From: Planctomycetota bacterium
GTDB lineage: Bacteria; Planctomycetota; UBA1135; UBA2386
Assembly (NCBI GenBank): GCA_965223545.1
Contig: OZ245006.1
Span: 4,800,001 to 4,864,000 of the forward strand
Length of the DNA stretch: 64,000 nucleotides
Direction of reading: 5' to 3'
A model generated the notes under the pieces. It was not told the DNA's origin and made no database searches. It worked only from the letters and a program-made list of their open reading frames with translations. Below are positions 1-9,885 of the stretch, piece by piece. The position numbers were made by a program, and so were the translations under genes. Every line of letters starts with the position of its first letter. Positions within the stretch are counted from its first letter, which is position 1.

Positions 1-2383
1 CCAGTGCCACCGACCAGGGCGTCGGATCGACCCAGATCATCGCACCGAGCACCGGCACGCCGGCTGGTCGCCGCCCTCCCGTGATGAGCAGCAGACCGGC
101 GCGGTTCGGTGGCGCCCGGCCGCAGGTCAGGGCGAAGTTCGCGTTGCCGATGCGCGGCATCGCGGTGACCGAGGCGACCACCGCGCCTTCGCACCCCGCC
201 GTCGATGCACCGAACGAAACAACTCCGGTGGGCAGCAGGTCCAACTGACTGACGTAGGCGTCCCCGTTGCCGTTGTAGACCGGGCTGAACGAGCCGCTGG
301 TCGTGGGAAAGTTCGGCGACTGCGTGCTGCCCGCCGCGGTCGCCCTGCCGTGCTCGTCGATCACGAGGGCGGCCGCGTCATCGTTGCCGGCCCAGCCGAG
401 AAACGTGCTGTACGTCAGCGCGGAGACCGTCGGGTCAAGGCGCGTCACGAACGCGTCCCGCGTCGGCCGGAACTGCCAGAGCAGACTGCCTTCGGTGATC
501 GGAAAACCGCTGGAGCCGGTGTTGCCGACCACGACCGGCGCGCCGGTCGGATCCAACGCGATCGCGGTGATCTCGTCCATGCCGTTGCCGCCGAGATAGG
601 TGGCGTACGCGAGCGCGCTGGCCGTGGGAGAGAGTGCCGCCAGAAACGCGTCCGGCTGCCCGCCGCCGCCGAACGACCGGTCGAACGCGCCTTGGGTAGT
701 CGGAAAGTCGCTGGAGAACGTGGTGCCCCCGACCACGAGCCTGCCGCGGAGGTCTCGAGTCAGCGCGATTGGCCATTCGCCATTCGAGCCGCCCAGGTAG
801 GTCGAGGCGACCAGTGATGACCCGTCCGCGGAGAGTCGCGCGACGTAGGCGTCCGAGCCGCCGCCCGCCGGCGACGTTTGGTAGGCACCCGGAGTGCTGG
901 GAAACCCGTCGCCTGCCCTGCCTGCGATGACCGGAGCTCCCTGGTCGTCCAGGACCAGGGCGGCGCCCGAGTCGACGTTCGGGCCGCCCAAGAACGTCGA
1001 GAAGTCGAGGTTGTCGCCCGTCGCGGAGAGCCGCGTCACGAAGGCGTCGGCCGGCGCGTAGCCGCCGTAGCTGAAGCCGCCGTTGTAGGTCCGGTCGTAG
1101 GCACCGGCCGTCGTCGGGAAACCGCTGGAGCCGGTCGATCCCACGATCGTCGCTCGTCCCTGTGCGTCGGCCGCGATGGCGTGGCCCCAGTCGTCCACCC
1201 CTCCTCCCAGCAACGTCGAGTAGCTGAGCGACGACCCGGCCGGCGACAGCAGGGTGACGAACGCGTCGTGGAATCCGTTGTGGGTGGTGTCAAAAGCCCC
1301 TGCCGTGGTTGGAAAGTCCCTTTCGTTGGTGCCCCCCGTGATCAGAGTGCCCGCGGCGGTCGCCGCGAGGTCCAGCACCTGGGAGTTGGTGCCGTTGGTA
1401 CCTCCCAGGTAGGTCGCGAACAGCAAGCGCGAGCCGTCCGACGACAGCTTGGCGACGAACGCGTCCTGCGTGCCCCCGATGACGGTGTCGAACGCTCCGG
1501 TGGTGACCGGGAAGTTCGGCGAGCCGGTGCTGCCGCCGATGGTCCACTGGCCCTGGTCGTCGAGCGCCAGCGCGTGCGCCCTGTCGGCGGAGAAACCGCC
1601 GACGAAGGTGGACCAAACGAGGCCGGGGTCGACGGTGAGCGACCAATCCTCGTTGCGTCCCGGGGCCTCGAACCCGAACCGGCGCGGGCCCAGCAAGACG
1701 TAGCGCACTTCGATGGGAAGCCGTTCGCCCGCCGGTCCGTCCTGCCAGCTGCGCGCGGGCGTCATGCGGATGGGCCCGAGCTCGGTGTCGAGCAGCAGGG
1801 CGCCCCCGGTGTCGAGCCGCAGTCCCGTGACACCGCGGACGTCGATCTGCACCGACGACAAGTCGGCGTGCGGCTCGAGCAACAGGTCGTACTCGAAGTG
1901 GCCGTCGTGCTCGCGCGCGCGGAGGTCGATGCCGTCGTAGATCTGGTCGTAGCGCACCGCCGCGTAGAGCGGCACGTTGCGGTGCCAGCGATCGCGGTCG
2001 TTTCCCAGCAGGTAGTGGTGCACGCCCGGTAGGCGCCGCTCACCGACGAGGTGACCCGGCTCGGCGTGCAAGAAGGTCATCCCGACCGCGACCCCGCGGG
2101 ACCGCGTGGCGTCGTGCACGCACACTCGGAGGCCGTCCTTGCGCAGCGTCACCAACAACCCGCCAAACTCGGCCCGGTAGACCGCGCTTGGCTCCCACTG
2201 ACCTCTGTTGGGCACGAACGCGGTGGGCAGGTCGCGAAGCAGGGCGGTGGCGCGGGAGTCGGTCGATGGGGCTCGCGGCGAACAGCTTGCGTCGCGCGAG
2301 CGGGCCTCGCGGGCCTCATGAGCGACGTGCCCGAGTGTCCAGAGGACGAGCAAGGCCAGTGAGAGCGAAGCCCGAGACGCCAT
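1..2383 (-). CDS. Secreted SBBP-repeat beta-propeller protein (3' end runs off the window)
   Basis: Not in the ORF track because it is truncated. Manual translation from ATG at 2383 gives MASRASLSLALLVLW...FVPNRGQW..., then repeated STFLGG/TYLGG and FPTT.GA[FY]D motifs. Paralog of 44120..46654. Confidence 0.85.
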   Translation of the reverse strand, partial: MASRASLSLALLVLWTLGHVAHEAREARSRDASCSPRAPSTDSRATALLRDLPTAFVPNRGQWEPSAVYRAEFGGLLVTLRKDGLRVCVHDATRSRGVAVGMTFLHAEPGHLVGERRLPGVHHYLLGNDRDRWHRNVPLYAAVRYDQIYDGIDLRAREHDGHFEYDLLLEPHADLSSVQIDVRGVTGLRLDTGGALLLDTELGPIRMTPARSWQDGPAGERLPIEVRYVLLGPRRFGFEAPGRNEDWSLTVDPGLVWSTFVGGFSADRAHALALDDQGQWTIGGSTGSPNFPVTTGAFDTVIGGTQDAFVAKLSSDGSRLLFATYLGGTNGTNSQVLDLAATAAGTLITGGTNERDFPTTAGAFDTTHNGFHDAFVTLLSPAGSSLSYSTLLGGGVDDWGHAIAADAQGRATIVGSTGSSGFPTTAGAYDRTYNGGFSYGGYAPADAFVTRLSATGDNLDFSTFLGGPNVDSGAALVLDDQGAPVIAGRAGDGFPSTPGAYQTSPAGGGSDAYVARLSADGSSLVASTYLGGSNGEWPIALTRDLRGRLVVGGTTFSSDFPTTQGAFDRSFGGGGQPDAFLAALSPTASALAYATYLGGNGMDEITAIALDPTGAPVVVGNTGSSGFPITEGSLLWQFRPTRDAFVTRLDPTVSALTYSTFLGWAGNDDAAALVIDEHGRATAAGSTQSPNFPTTSGSFSPVYNGNGDAYVSQLDLLPTGVVSFGASTAGCEGAVVASVTAMPRIGNANFALTCGRAPPNRAGLLLITGGRRPAGVPVLGAMIWVDPTPWSVAL

Positions 2384-2563
2384 ATCTTGCCGCGACACTC
2401 GACCCCCGACGCTCCTTCTTGTTGCCATGATGCGTCGCAGTATACCGCCGCGCCGGCAGCTCGACCCGGTGGAACACGGGCGCACCAGCTGCCGTGCGCG
2501 AAGGCCTTCTCGTTGTTCTTCGGGTATCGTGCGCCGCCCAAAGAACCGTTTCCCGTTCCTTCG

Positions 2564-3331
2564 ATGATGCGCCGAGTCCCCTCCCTTGTCTTCGCGGTTT
2601 CCGCGTCCGCACTGTCCCTACTCTGGGCCACCGCGCAGGACGGCGATGGCCCGCCCCGCGCGTTCATCGATGGCGTCGGCTGGCAGGCGCTGTCGTTGGC
2701 CGACTTCGTCAACGTCAATGGCGAGGCGGACACGTGGACCGAACGGGATGGGATGATCGTGTGCTCGGGCAAGCCGCTCGGCGGGGCGCGCAGCAAGAAG
2801 GTCTACCGCAACTTCGAGCTCGTGCTCGAGTGGAAGCACCACACGCACGCGGGCAACTCGGGTGTGTTCCTTTGGTGTCCCGAGTCGGCGTTCACCGAGC
2901 TGCCGCCGGGCACTCTGCCGCGCAGTGGCATCGAAGTGCAGGTGCTCGATCTGGGCTACGAAGAGAACTGGCTGAAGAACCGAGGCAATCGCTCGGACTG
3001 GTTCACCAGCCACGGGGACGTGTTTCCGGTCGGCCAATCGTCGATGACCGCGTTCACCCCGCAGATCGAGTACGAAGCGGAGGATGGCACGCGCTACACG
3101 GTCGGCAAGCCGGACAGTGCGCGCAGCTTCCCGGTGCGGCGGCTCACGCGGCCCGCCGGCGAGTGGAACCACTACTACATCCGCGCGATCAACGGCGAGG
3201 TCCGGCTGTGGGTCAACGGCGAGGAGGTCAACGGCGGCACTGGCTGCGCGCCCGCCGAGGGCTATCTGGCGCTGGAGGCCGAAGGCGCGCGCGTCGACTA
3301 TCGCAATCTGCGCATTCGCGAGCTGCCGTGA
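2564..3331 (+). CDS. DUF1080 (3-keto-disaccharide hydrolase-like) protein
   Basis: Signal peptide; YRNFELVLEWK, GNSGVF, IEVQVLD, GEWNHY, GYLALEAEG, YRNLRIREL motifs. Confidence 0.85.
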   Translation: MMRRVPSLVFAVSASALSLLWATAQDGDGPPRAFIDGVGWQALSLADFVNVNGEADTWTERDGMIVCSGKPLGGARSKKVYRNFELVLEWKHHTHAGNSGVFLWCPESAFTELPPGTLPRSGIEVQVLDLGYEENWLKNRGNRSDWFTSHGDVFPVGQSSMTAFTPQIEYEAEDGTRYTVGKPDSARSFPVRRLTRPAGEWNHYYIRAINGEVRLWVNGEEVNGGTGCAPAEGYLALEAEGARVDYRNLRIRELP

Positions 3332-4074
3332 GGCTGATCGCGCTGGGTGCCAGCAACCTGACGCGGATCACACCGATTCTGCTGCGCACGGCGCGCCGGC
3401 GCGGGCCGGTGCATGCCGTCGCCGCGCTCGGCTTCGGTCGTTCGTTCGGCATCCGCAGCCGCATGCTCTGGCGCGGACTGCCGGGTATCGAGCATTGTGG
3501 CCTCTGGCCGGCGCTCGACGCGCTGCCACCGGCGCCGGAATCGGCGCTGGTCATGGATGTCGGCAACGACGTGCTGTACGGCGCCGAGGTCGCACGGATC
3601 GTCGACTGGGTCGAGGCCGCCGTGTCGCGACTGACGGCGCGGGGCGCGCAGGTCACCGTCGCGGGTATGCCGGTGTTCGCCGGGGTCGAGGTGGGGCGGT
3701 GGCAGTTCGCGCTGTTGCGTCGGTTGCTGGTGCCGAGCTGCAAACTGCCGCGAGAGGTCGTCGTCGAGCGTGCTCGCCACCTGCAGGAGGCGCTGGAGGC
3801 ATTGGCAAGCCACCATCGCGCGCGGTTCGTACCGATGCGCCCGCAGTGGTACGGATTCGATCCAATGCACGTGCGCCGCCGCGCGTGGCCCGAGCTGTGC
3901 GCCGCGCTGCTGGCGGCCGGCCCCGATGGTTCCGGGGCCGTGCGGGCACCGTGGCGCGATCGCTTTCGAGTGGCGTCCGCTCGGCCGGCGGAGCGTTGGT
4001 GGTTCGGGGTGCGACGGTGTGCGGACCAGCCGGCGGTGTGCTGGGAGGACGGCAGCTCTTTGTCGCTGTACTGA
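3328..4074 (+). CDS. SGNH/GDSL-like hydrolase
   Basis: GTG start overlaps the upstream TGA; LGASN, DVGND and FDPMH blocks resemble SGNH blocks I, III and V. Confidence 0.6.
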   Translation: MRLIALGASNLTRITPILLRTARRRGPVHAVAALGFGRSFGIRSRMLWRGLPGIEHCGLWPALDALPPAPESALVMDVGNDVLYGAEVARIVDWVEAAVSRLTARGAQVTVAGMPVFAGVEVGRWQFALLRRLLVPSCKLPREVVVERARHLQEALEALASHHRARFVPMRPQWYGFDPMHVRRRAWPELCAALLAAGPDGSGAVRAPWRDRFRVASARPAERWWFGVRRCADQPAVCWEDGSSLSLY

Positions 4075-4084
4075 CCGATGAGGG

Positions 4085-5614
4085 TCAGCGGGTCGAGAGC
4101 TCCCGCAGGCGGGCACCGATCCGGGTGACGATGATCGCGATCAACGCCGGGGTGCCGAGCACCGCGCATAAGAGCAGGATCCCGGCCAATCCGGGGCCGA
4201 GCACGCCGGCGAGCAAACTGACGAGCACCGCGCCGCCGATCAGCGCGATGGGGAAGGCGCCGCTCGGCACGAACAGAGACACATACAGAGTGACGTGCAC
4301 GACGACGACCGTCGCCAGCAACCACCCGATCGCGGCGAACGTGAAGGTCGCCAGCATGATCGGGCCGTCGTTTATCGCTGCGCCCTGAGCGATCAAGGTG
4401 GCCAGCACCGCGAGGACGAAGGGCACCCAGAGCACGGCGAGGCAGCCCGCCACTTTTTCTGCGGCCCATCCGCCGACCGACGCCGGCAGCAACGCCAGGC
4501 CGAACAGCGTGCGGTCATTGATCTCTTGGCGGTACACCCGGCTGGCGATCATGCCGGCGTCGAAGAACGCACCGGTGAAGGCAACCAGCACGACTGTCAT
4601 GCCCCAGTAGGAGGTGAAGCCCTCGCTGCTGAGGCCGGGCTCCCACAACAGGCCGCCCACCACGGCGGTCGCGATCGCGTACAGGGCGATGCGCAGCCCG
4701 ATGCCACGCCAACCGCCGGCGATGAACTGGAAGTCGCGGCTGGCCACCGCGCGGATGCGCAACGCCGGGCAACGCCAACGGCGGCGGTGCGACTTTGCGC
4801 GCGCCGCGCGCTCGGTCTCGGTCGGCATCAGCGCGAACACCAGCGTGGCGGCAATGGCGAGCGCGACACCGCCGAGCAGATGCACCGTCATCATCCGTTC
4901 GGGCCAGCCACCGGCGTAGCCGGTGCGGACCACGGTGGCGATCGTGTCGAGGATCGAGACGTCCCGCAGGCCACGTTCGATCGCCGCGAGCAGCATCGGC
5001 AGCGGGGTATCGGCGGCGAGGCCGGCGAGCTCGGTGGTCAGCCGGCCGGCCTGCTCGACCAGGACGGGCAGTAGGAGCAGACAGCAGATCGACCACCCCG
5101 TGGCGCGGGCGGCGGCGTGTGTCGTCATGCAGAGTGCAGAAGACAAGAGCCCGATGCCGAAGCAGAGCACCAAGAAGGCCAACAATGCCCCGAAGGTCGC
5201 GAGCACCTGGTCACCGGCGATGCCGCCCAGCGTGACGGCCAGCACGGCGAAGGGGAGCTGCACGATCAGCGCCAGCACGCTGCGCAGCAGGACTCCCAGT
5301 GAGTTGCCGAGCACGGTCGGCAGCGGCCCGACTCCGGCCAGCCGCAAGAGCGGCAGCGAGCCCGACTCCTTCTCGTTGGTGAGCACCGCGGCGAATGCGC
5401 CGATCGCGATCAGGACGATGGTCACGACGTTGAGGTACGCCAGCGTCCAGAACAGGGTGCGCCCCGGGGCGCCGAACCACATCTGCGTGGCGCGCGCGAT
5501 GACCACCTGCAGGATGATGACCAGTACGACGCAACAGCGCAGGCCGTAGGTCGAGCCGCTGCGCGCGTCCTCGCGCATCGACCGTGTCAGCATGATCAGC
5601 GTCGGCCGGATCAT
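4085..5614 (-). CDS. ABC transporter permease (ABC-2-like membrane protein)
   Basis: Multiple TM helices; EKESGSLPLLRLAG and TLGGI motifs; ATGA-coupled to the upstream paralog. Confidence 0.75.
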   Translation of the reverse strand: MIRPTLIMLTRSMREDARSGSTYGLRCCVVLVIILQVVIARATQMWFGAPGRTLFWTLAYLNVVTIVLIAIGAFAAVLTNEKESGSLPLLRLAGVGPLPTVLGNSLGVLLRSVLALIVQLPFAVLAVTLGGIAGDQVLATFGALLAFLVLCFGIGLLSSALCMTTHAAARATGWSICCLLLLPVLVEQAGRLTTELAGLAADTPLPMLLAAIERGLRDVSILDTIATVVRTGYAGGWPERMMTVHLLGGVALAIAATLVFALMPTETERAARAKSHRRRWRCPALRIRAVASRDFQFIAGGWRGIGLRIALYAIATAVVGGLLWEPGLSSEGFTSYWGMTVVLVAFTGAFFDAGMIASRVYRQEINDRTLFGLALLPASVGGWAAEKVAGCLAVLWVPFVLAVLATLIAQGAAINDGPIMLATFTFAAIGWLLATVVVVHVTLYVSLFVPSGAFPIALIGGAVLVSLLAGVLGPGLAGILLLCAVLGTPALIAIIVTRIGARLRELSTR

Positions 5615-7107
5615 TCGCCGATCAAAGTGCGCAGCCGAGCGGTGGTCGCACCGAAGACAGCGAACGCGCAGAACAACATTCCGCAGGCCAGCAACGCGAA
5701 CATACCACCCGCGCTCCCCATCCCCGGGCCGGAGAACAGGCACGAGGTCAGCAGGCCGTTGAGCAGGAACACGCCGAGGACCGCGGCAGCGAACGCTCCG
5801 CGGCGCAAGCGCAGCGACAGGTATGTCGCCGTCACGGCACCGAGACAGACCGCGGACAAGAACCACGCCAGGCCGACGTACGCCTCGGCGTCGGTGGGGA
5901 TGCCGTGCTCGCTGACGATGCCCAGCGTGGAGAGGAGCACCAGCGCGGTGGCGGGGAGAAGCAGTGTTGCCGCGGCGCGCACCTTGACCCACCACGCGGA
6001 TTCGACGGAGTACGGCAACATGCCGAGGCACGGCAGGGTCCCGTGCTGCCACTCGGCGCCGAACATGCGGCTGGCCAGCGTGCCGCACTCGATGACCCAG
6101 ATCCAAATGACCACACCCAGCCGGCGCTCGTTCAGATACGAGGGGCCGAGGAACAGCTCGGCAAACGAGAACAACGCGGCGTAGCCGATCGCACGGCCCA
6201 GCAACCCCATTCGACCGCCGAGCAAGCGGTAGTCCTTCCAATACAGCGCTCCGCGGCCGGCGCCGGGGCGCGAGCGCCGGGTGGCGTTGGCGGCCGCGGT
6301 AGAGCCGAAGCCGAGTCCGCGCTGTGGCGGTGCCTCATCGCTCAACGGGGCGAACCGCAGTAGTGCCCAAGCGAACAGAAAGAAGCCGGCGCCAACGCCG
6401 ACGTTGAACACGCAGAGATCGCGGATTCGATCTCCGCCGTGTAGGTCGAAGCCGGTGGCTACCACCTCGACCAGCGCGGTCGGCACCGAGAAGTACGAGA
6501 GAGTCGACTCGAGGGTCAACACGCCGCTCCTCGAGCTCCACCACATCGCGATCCACGGCGCGAACAGCCACGCGAACAGCAGGGTCGATGCCATCGACGC
6601 GGCGGCCCGCGTGCGGCGGCAAAAGCAGGAGCAAAAGATGCCCAAACCCCAGACCAGGATCGCGTAGGAGGACAGCGTGGCGAGGGCGTGGCCGACCTGG
6701 TACACCGACACGCCCCCGAGGGTCACCGACAGCATCGCGAACGGCGCCTGCACCGCGAGTACGAGCAGCACTCCGGTGAGCGACGCGGCGAGCTTGCCGA
6801 CCAGGATGCGGATCGGATCGAAGCCGGCCATGCGCAGCAGGCCCAGCGTGCGGCCTTCGCGCTCCTCGCTGATCAGCCCCGACGCGATGGCGACGCCGAG
6901 CATCGACAGTGCGAAGAAATCCAAGCCGAGGAGCCAGCCGAACACCGTGCGGCCGGGGGCGTCCCACGTGATCCGGTTGAATGCCATCACGCCGATGACC
7001 GTGGCGAGGCCGGCCGGCACAAGCCCGCGTGCGAGGAAGCCGCGTGCGGTGCGCATCTCCACCCGCAGCTCGCGCTCGGCCAGGGTCAGCGCCTGCAGCT
7101 TCAGCAC
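5611..7107 (-). CDS. ABC transporter permease (paralog of 4085..5614)
   Basis: EEREGRTLGLLRMAG and TLGGVS motifs; multiple TM helices. Confidence 0.75.
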   Translation of the reverse strand: MLKLQALTLAERELRVEMRTARGFLARGLVPAGLATVIGVMAFNRITWDAPGRTVFGWLLGLDFFALSMLGVAIASGLISEEREGRTLGLLRMAGFDPIRILVGKLAASLTGVLLVLAVQAPFAMLSVTLGGVSVYQVGHALATLSSYAILVWGLGIFCSCFCRRTRAAASMASTLLFAWLFAPWIAMWWSSRSGVLTLESTLSYFSVPTALVEVVATGFDLHGGDRIRDLCVFNVGVGAGFFLFAWALLRFAPLSDEAPPQRGLGFGSTAAANATRRSRPGAGRGALYWKDYRLLGGRMGLLGRAIGYAALFSFAELFLGPSYLNERRLGVVIWIWVIECGTLASRMFGAEWQHGTLPCLGMLPYSVESAWWVKVRAAATLLLPATALVLLSTLGIVSEHGIPTDAEAYVGLAWFLSAVCLGAVTATYLSLRLRRGAFAAAVLGVFLLNGLLTSCLFSGPGMGSAGGMFALLACGMLFCAFAVFGATTARLRTLIGE

Positions 7108-8086
7108 TACTCCTGCACTCCGGGTTGGGTGAGGTCCATGAACACCTCGTCGAGGCGGCGGCGCGCGGTTTGGAATCCGCTGGGTACGCCGCCGGCGTCC
7201 AACACCGCCGCAGCAGCGCGCGCGGATCCAGGGCTTCGGCCGCGGCCTCCGGCGCGCTCTCGATCAGCAGCGTGGCGCCATCCTCGGTCACCGAGCCGAC
7301 CCCGTCGAGCGCGCGCAACCCGTCCGCGAGCCCGGCGATGGGCGCGGCGAGCTCGACGCGGTAGGACTTGCGCTCGCCGCTCTGCTCGAGCAGTGCGGCC
7401 ATGCTGCCCGAGTAGCGCACCTTGCCGCGGTCGATGATCGTCACCGCGTCGCACAGGTCGGCGAGCTCGCCGAGAATGTGCGAGCTGATCAGCACGGTCT
7501 TTCCCATCGCTGCCAGCTCGCGCAGGATGTCCATCAGCTCGATCCGCGCGCGCGGGTCGAGTCCGCTCGCCGGTTCGTCGAGCAGGAGCAGCTTGGGGTC
7601 GTGCACCAGGACGCGAGCCAGGCTCAGCCGCTGCTCCATCCCGCGCGACAGCGAGCGGATCAGCTCGTCGCGCCGGCCGTGCATGTCGGTCAGCTGCAAG
7701 ACGTCCCGCAGGATCGGATCGCGCTTGTCGCGGCTGAGTCCGTAGGCGGCGGCGAAGAAGTCCAGATACTCGAACACCGTCATCTGCCGGTACACGCCGA
7801 GGTGATCGGGCATGTAGCCGAGGTTGCGCCGCACCTTGAACTTCTTCTTGGTGACGTCGTCGCCGAAGACGGCGACACGCCCCTTCTTCGGCTCGAGTAG
7901 CGTGGCGATGATCTTGAGCGTCGTGGTCTTGCCGGCGCCGTTGGGGCCGACGAAGCCGTGGATCGAGCCGCTGGCGACGTCGAACGAGACGCCGTCGACG
8001 GCGACCCGGTCGCGGAACGAGTAGCTCACGCCGCGGACCACGAGAGCGGGGGAGGCGTCGTCGGCAGCAGGAGTGGTCGTGCTCAT
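7107..8086 (-). CDS. ABC transporter ATP-binding protein (single-base frameshift near 7211)
   Basis: GPNGAGKTT, LSRGM, LLLDEP, ISSH. The C-terminus (..LDEVFMDLTQPGVQE*) is in another frame and ends at 7107, abutting the next start. Span is 980 nt, one short of a multiple of 3. Confidence 0.85.
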
Positions 8087-9885
8087 CAGTGGTCCGTGTG
8101 CAGCTCGATCAAGTACAAGACGTAGCCCTCCTCCGGCTCCAGCTCGGGCTCGGCGCGCAGCGCGAACGACTCCGGCGCTGGGGCCAAGAGCACGCAGAGC
8201 GCCGAGGGCCGCTCGACGAGCGCTCGGAACGCGCTCGGGCGCAGGAGACCGAAACGCTCGGCCAGCAAGGTGATCGCATGCTGTTGCGCCAGAGCTTGCA
8301 GCCGCTCCGACACGCTGTCGTCGTCCGAGCCGGCGAAGTGATGGCTGGCGCGCAAGACGCGGTCCTCGCCGACGAAGTGTTGCAGCGGAAACGAAACCCC
8401 TTCGGCGACGAGCTCGTTCCCGTCGCGGTACAGGTTGCGGACGCCGCCTGCCTCGATCAGCCAGGCCTTGGTGACCGAGGGGAGCGCGCCGACCGCCCGC
8501 AGCCGGGAGACGCGGGCCGGGCCGGCGGCCTGCTCCGCGGTTTCGTCGTCGGCGTCGAGCACCTCGAGCGAGAAGTCAGGGCCGGGCAGGCTGGCACGAC
8601 GCACCAGGGAGCGAAACGAGAACATCGGGATGTCGACGCGCATGGCGCCGGCGCGGCCGTTGTCGATCAGGGCGTTGACGGCCTCTTGTTCCTGGGCAGT
8701 GGACAGCAGCGCGCCGTCGCCCGATTCCGACAGCGTGTAGAGCGCACCGTCGGTGGCGAACACTTGTGTGTACTGGGTCACCGCGTGCTCCCCGTCTCCC
8801 ATCGGCGTCGCCACGGCGAGGGTCAGGACGCGGCTGCGCTCGCCGTGCCCGCGGGCGCCGATCACCATCAGCAGCCAGGTGAAGAGAGCGACGCAGGTCA
8901 GCAGGCCGGCGATCGATATGCGGTAGTCCAGTCCGCGCCGCGCCAAGCGCCAGTGCACCGGGCCAACCAGCAGCAAGAACACGACCGCGACGGCGAAGAT
9001 CAAAGGCCAGCTGTGGCGCACCGGCACCAGGCCGCGGAGTGATTGCAGGATCGGTGTTGCCAGGGAGTAGGCGCTGTTCTCCTCGGCGCGGCGCCGGTTG
9101 ATGTCCTCGATCTCCTCGAGAGTGGTCGTGTCGGTGTGCAGCGACAGCATCGCCGGCACCAGTCCCGCCGCGGAGCGGTCGTAGCGGATCACCGTGCCGC
9201 TGCCCACGGCGAAGCGTTGCAACGGGAGGTTGAGTGGGGTGAGGATCCCCTCGAACTCGGGAAACGCGCCGCCGCGCCGCATGAGGTGGAGTCGCCCGCC
9301 CGCGCGCAGCCAGTGCAAGAACGCCCGCTGCCGCGGTGGATCCCACGTCGGCGCATGGTCGAGCACGGCTTCCCGCAGGGTCTGCGCGCCTCCGGATGTC
9401 GCCGGAAACCAGGCCGCCGGGAACTCGGGAATGGTGCCGCGCGCGGCGCGCACTCCACTGGTGGAGCGCAGCACGGCGACCGCACCGTGGCCCAGGCGCA
9501 GCCCGGGGACGCTCTCGCGCTGCAGGCGCGCCCCGCGGAACTGCAGCTCCCAGAGCTCGGTGTGGCGCAGCACCAGAGGAAAGAACTGCACCACGCGGCG
9601 GGAGCCCGGGGTCAGAAAGCACGGTTCGACCAGCGTGCCGCCCATCTGCGACAAGCCGTTGCTGCGCCACAGCGTCAGCTGCGTCTCGACGGGGGCGTTG
9701 GTGTCGTTCTCGACGACCAACGTCAGTGGGTTGAACTGACCCGGCACCACGCGCCCGTCGAAGCCCCAGTGTGCTTCGACGACGCGCTGGGCACGGACAC
9801 CACCGCCGAGCGACGCGAGCGAGACCGCGGCGAGCATGGCCGTGGCGGCGCGCATCCGACGCGAGAGATTGCGAGCCCGCTGCAT
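8086..9885 (-). CDS. Membrane-anchored hypothetical protein of the MoxR/vWA operon
   Basis: Signal peptide, WGFDGR...F.PL N-terminus, WLRAGGRLHL segment, central TM pair; start overlaps the upstream stop. Confidence 0.7.
   Translation of the reverse strand: MQRARNLSRRMRAATAMLAAVSLASLGGGVRAQRVVEAHWGFDGRVVPGQFNPLTLVVENDTNAPVETQLTLWRSNGLSQMGGTLVEPCFLTPGSRRVVQFFPLVLRHTELWELQFRGARLQRESVPGLRLGHGAVAVLRSTSGVRAARGTIPEFPAAWFPATSGGAQTLREAVLDHAPTWDPPRQRAFLHWLRAGGRLHLMRRGGAFPEFEGILTPLNLPLQRFAVGSGTVIRYDRSAAGLVPAMLSLHTDTTTLEEIEDINRRRAEENSAYSLATPILQSLRGLVPVRHSWPLIFAVAVVFLLLVGPVHWRLARRGLDYRISIAGLLTCVALFTWLLMVIGARGHGERSRVLTLAVATPMGDGEHAVTQYTQVFATDGALYTLSESGDGALLSTAQEQEAVNALIDNGRAGAMRVDIPMFSFRSLVRRASLPGPDFSLEVLDADDETAEQAAGPARVSRLRAVGALPSVTKAWLIEAGGVRNLYRDGNELVAEGVSFPLQHFVGEDRVLRASHHFAGSDDDSVSERLQALAQQHAITLLAERFGLLRPSAFRALVERPSALCVLLAPAPESFALRAEPELEPEEGYVLYLIELHTDH

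Noticed and set aside
6335..8086. 583-aa extended ABC ATPase
   Set aside because: The extension results from the frameshift near 7211 and overlaps the real permease gene.
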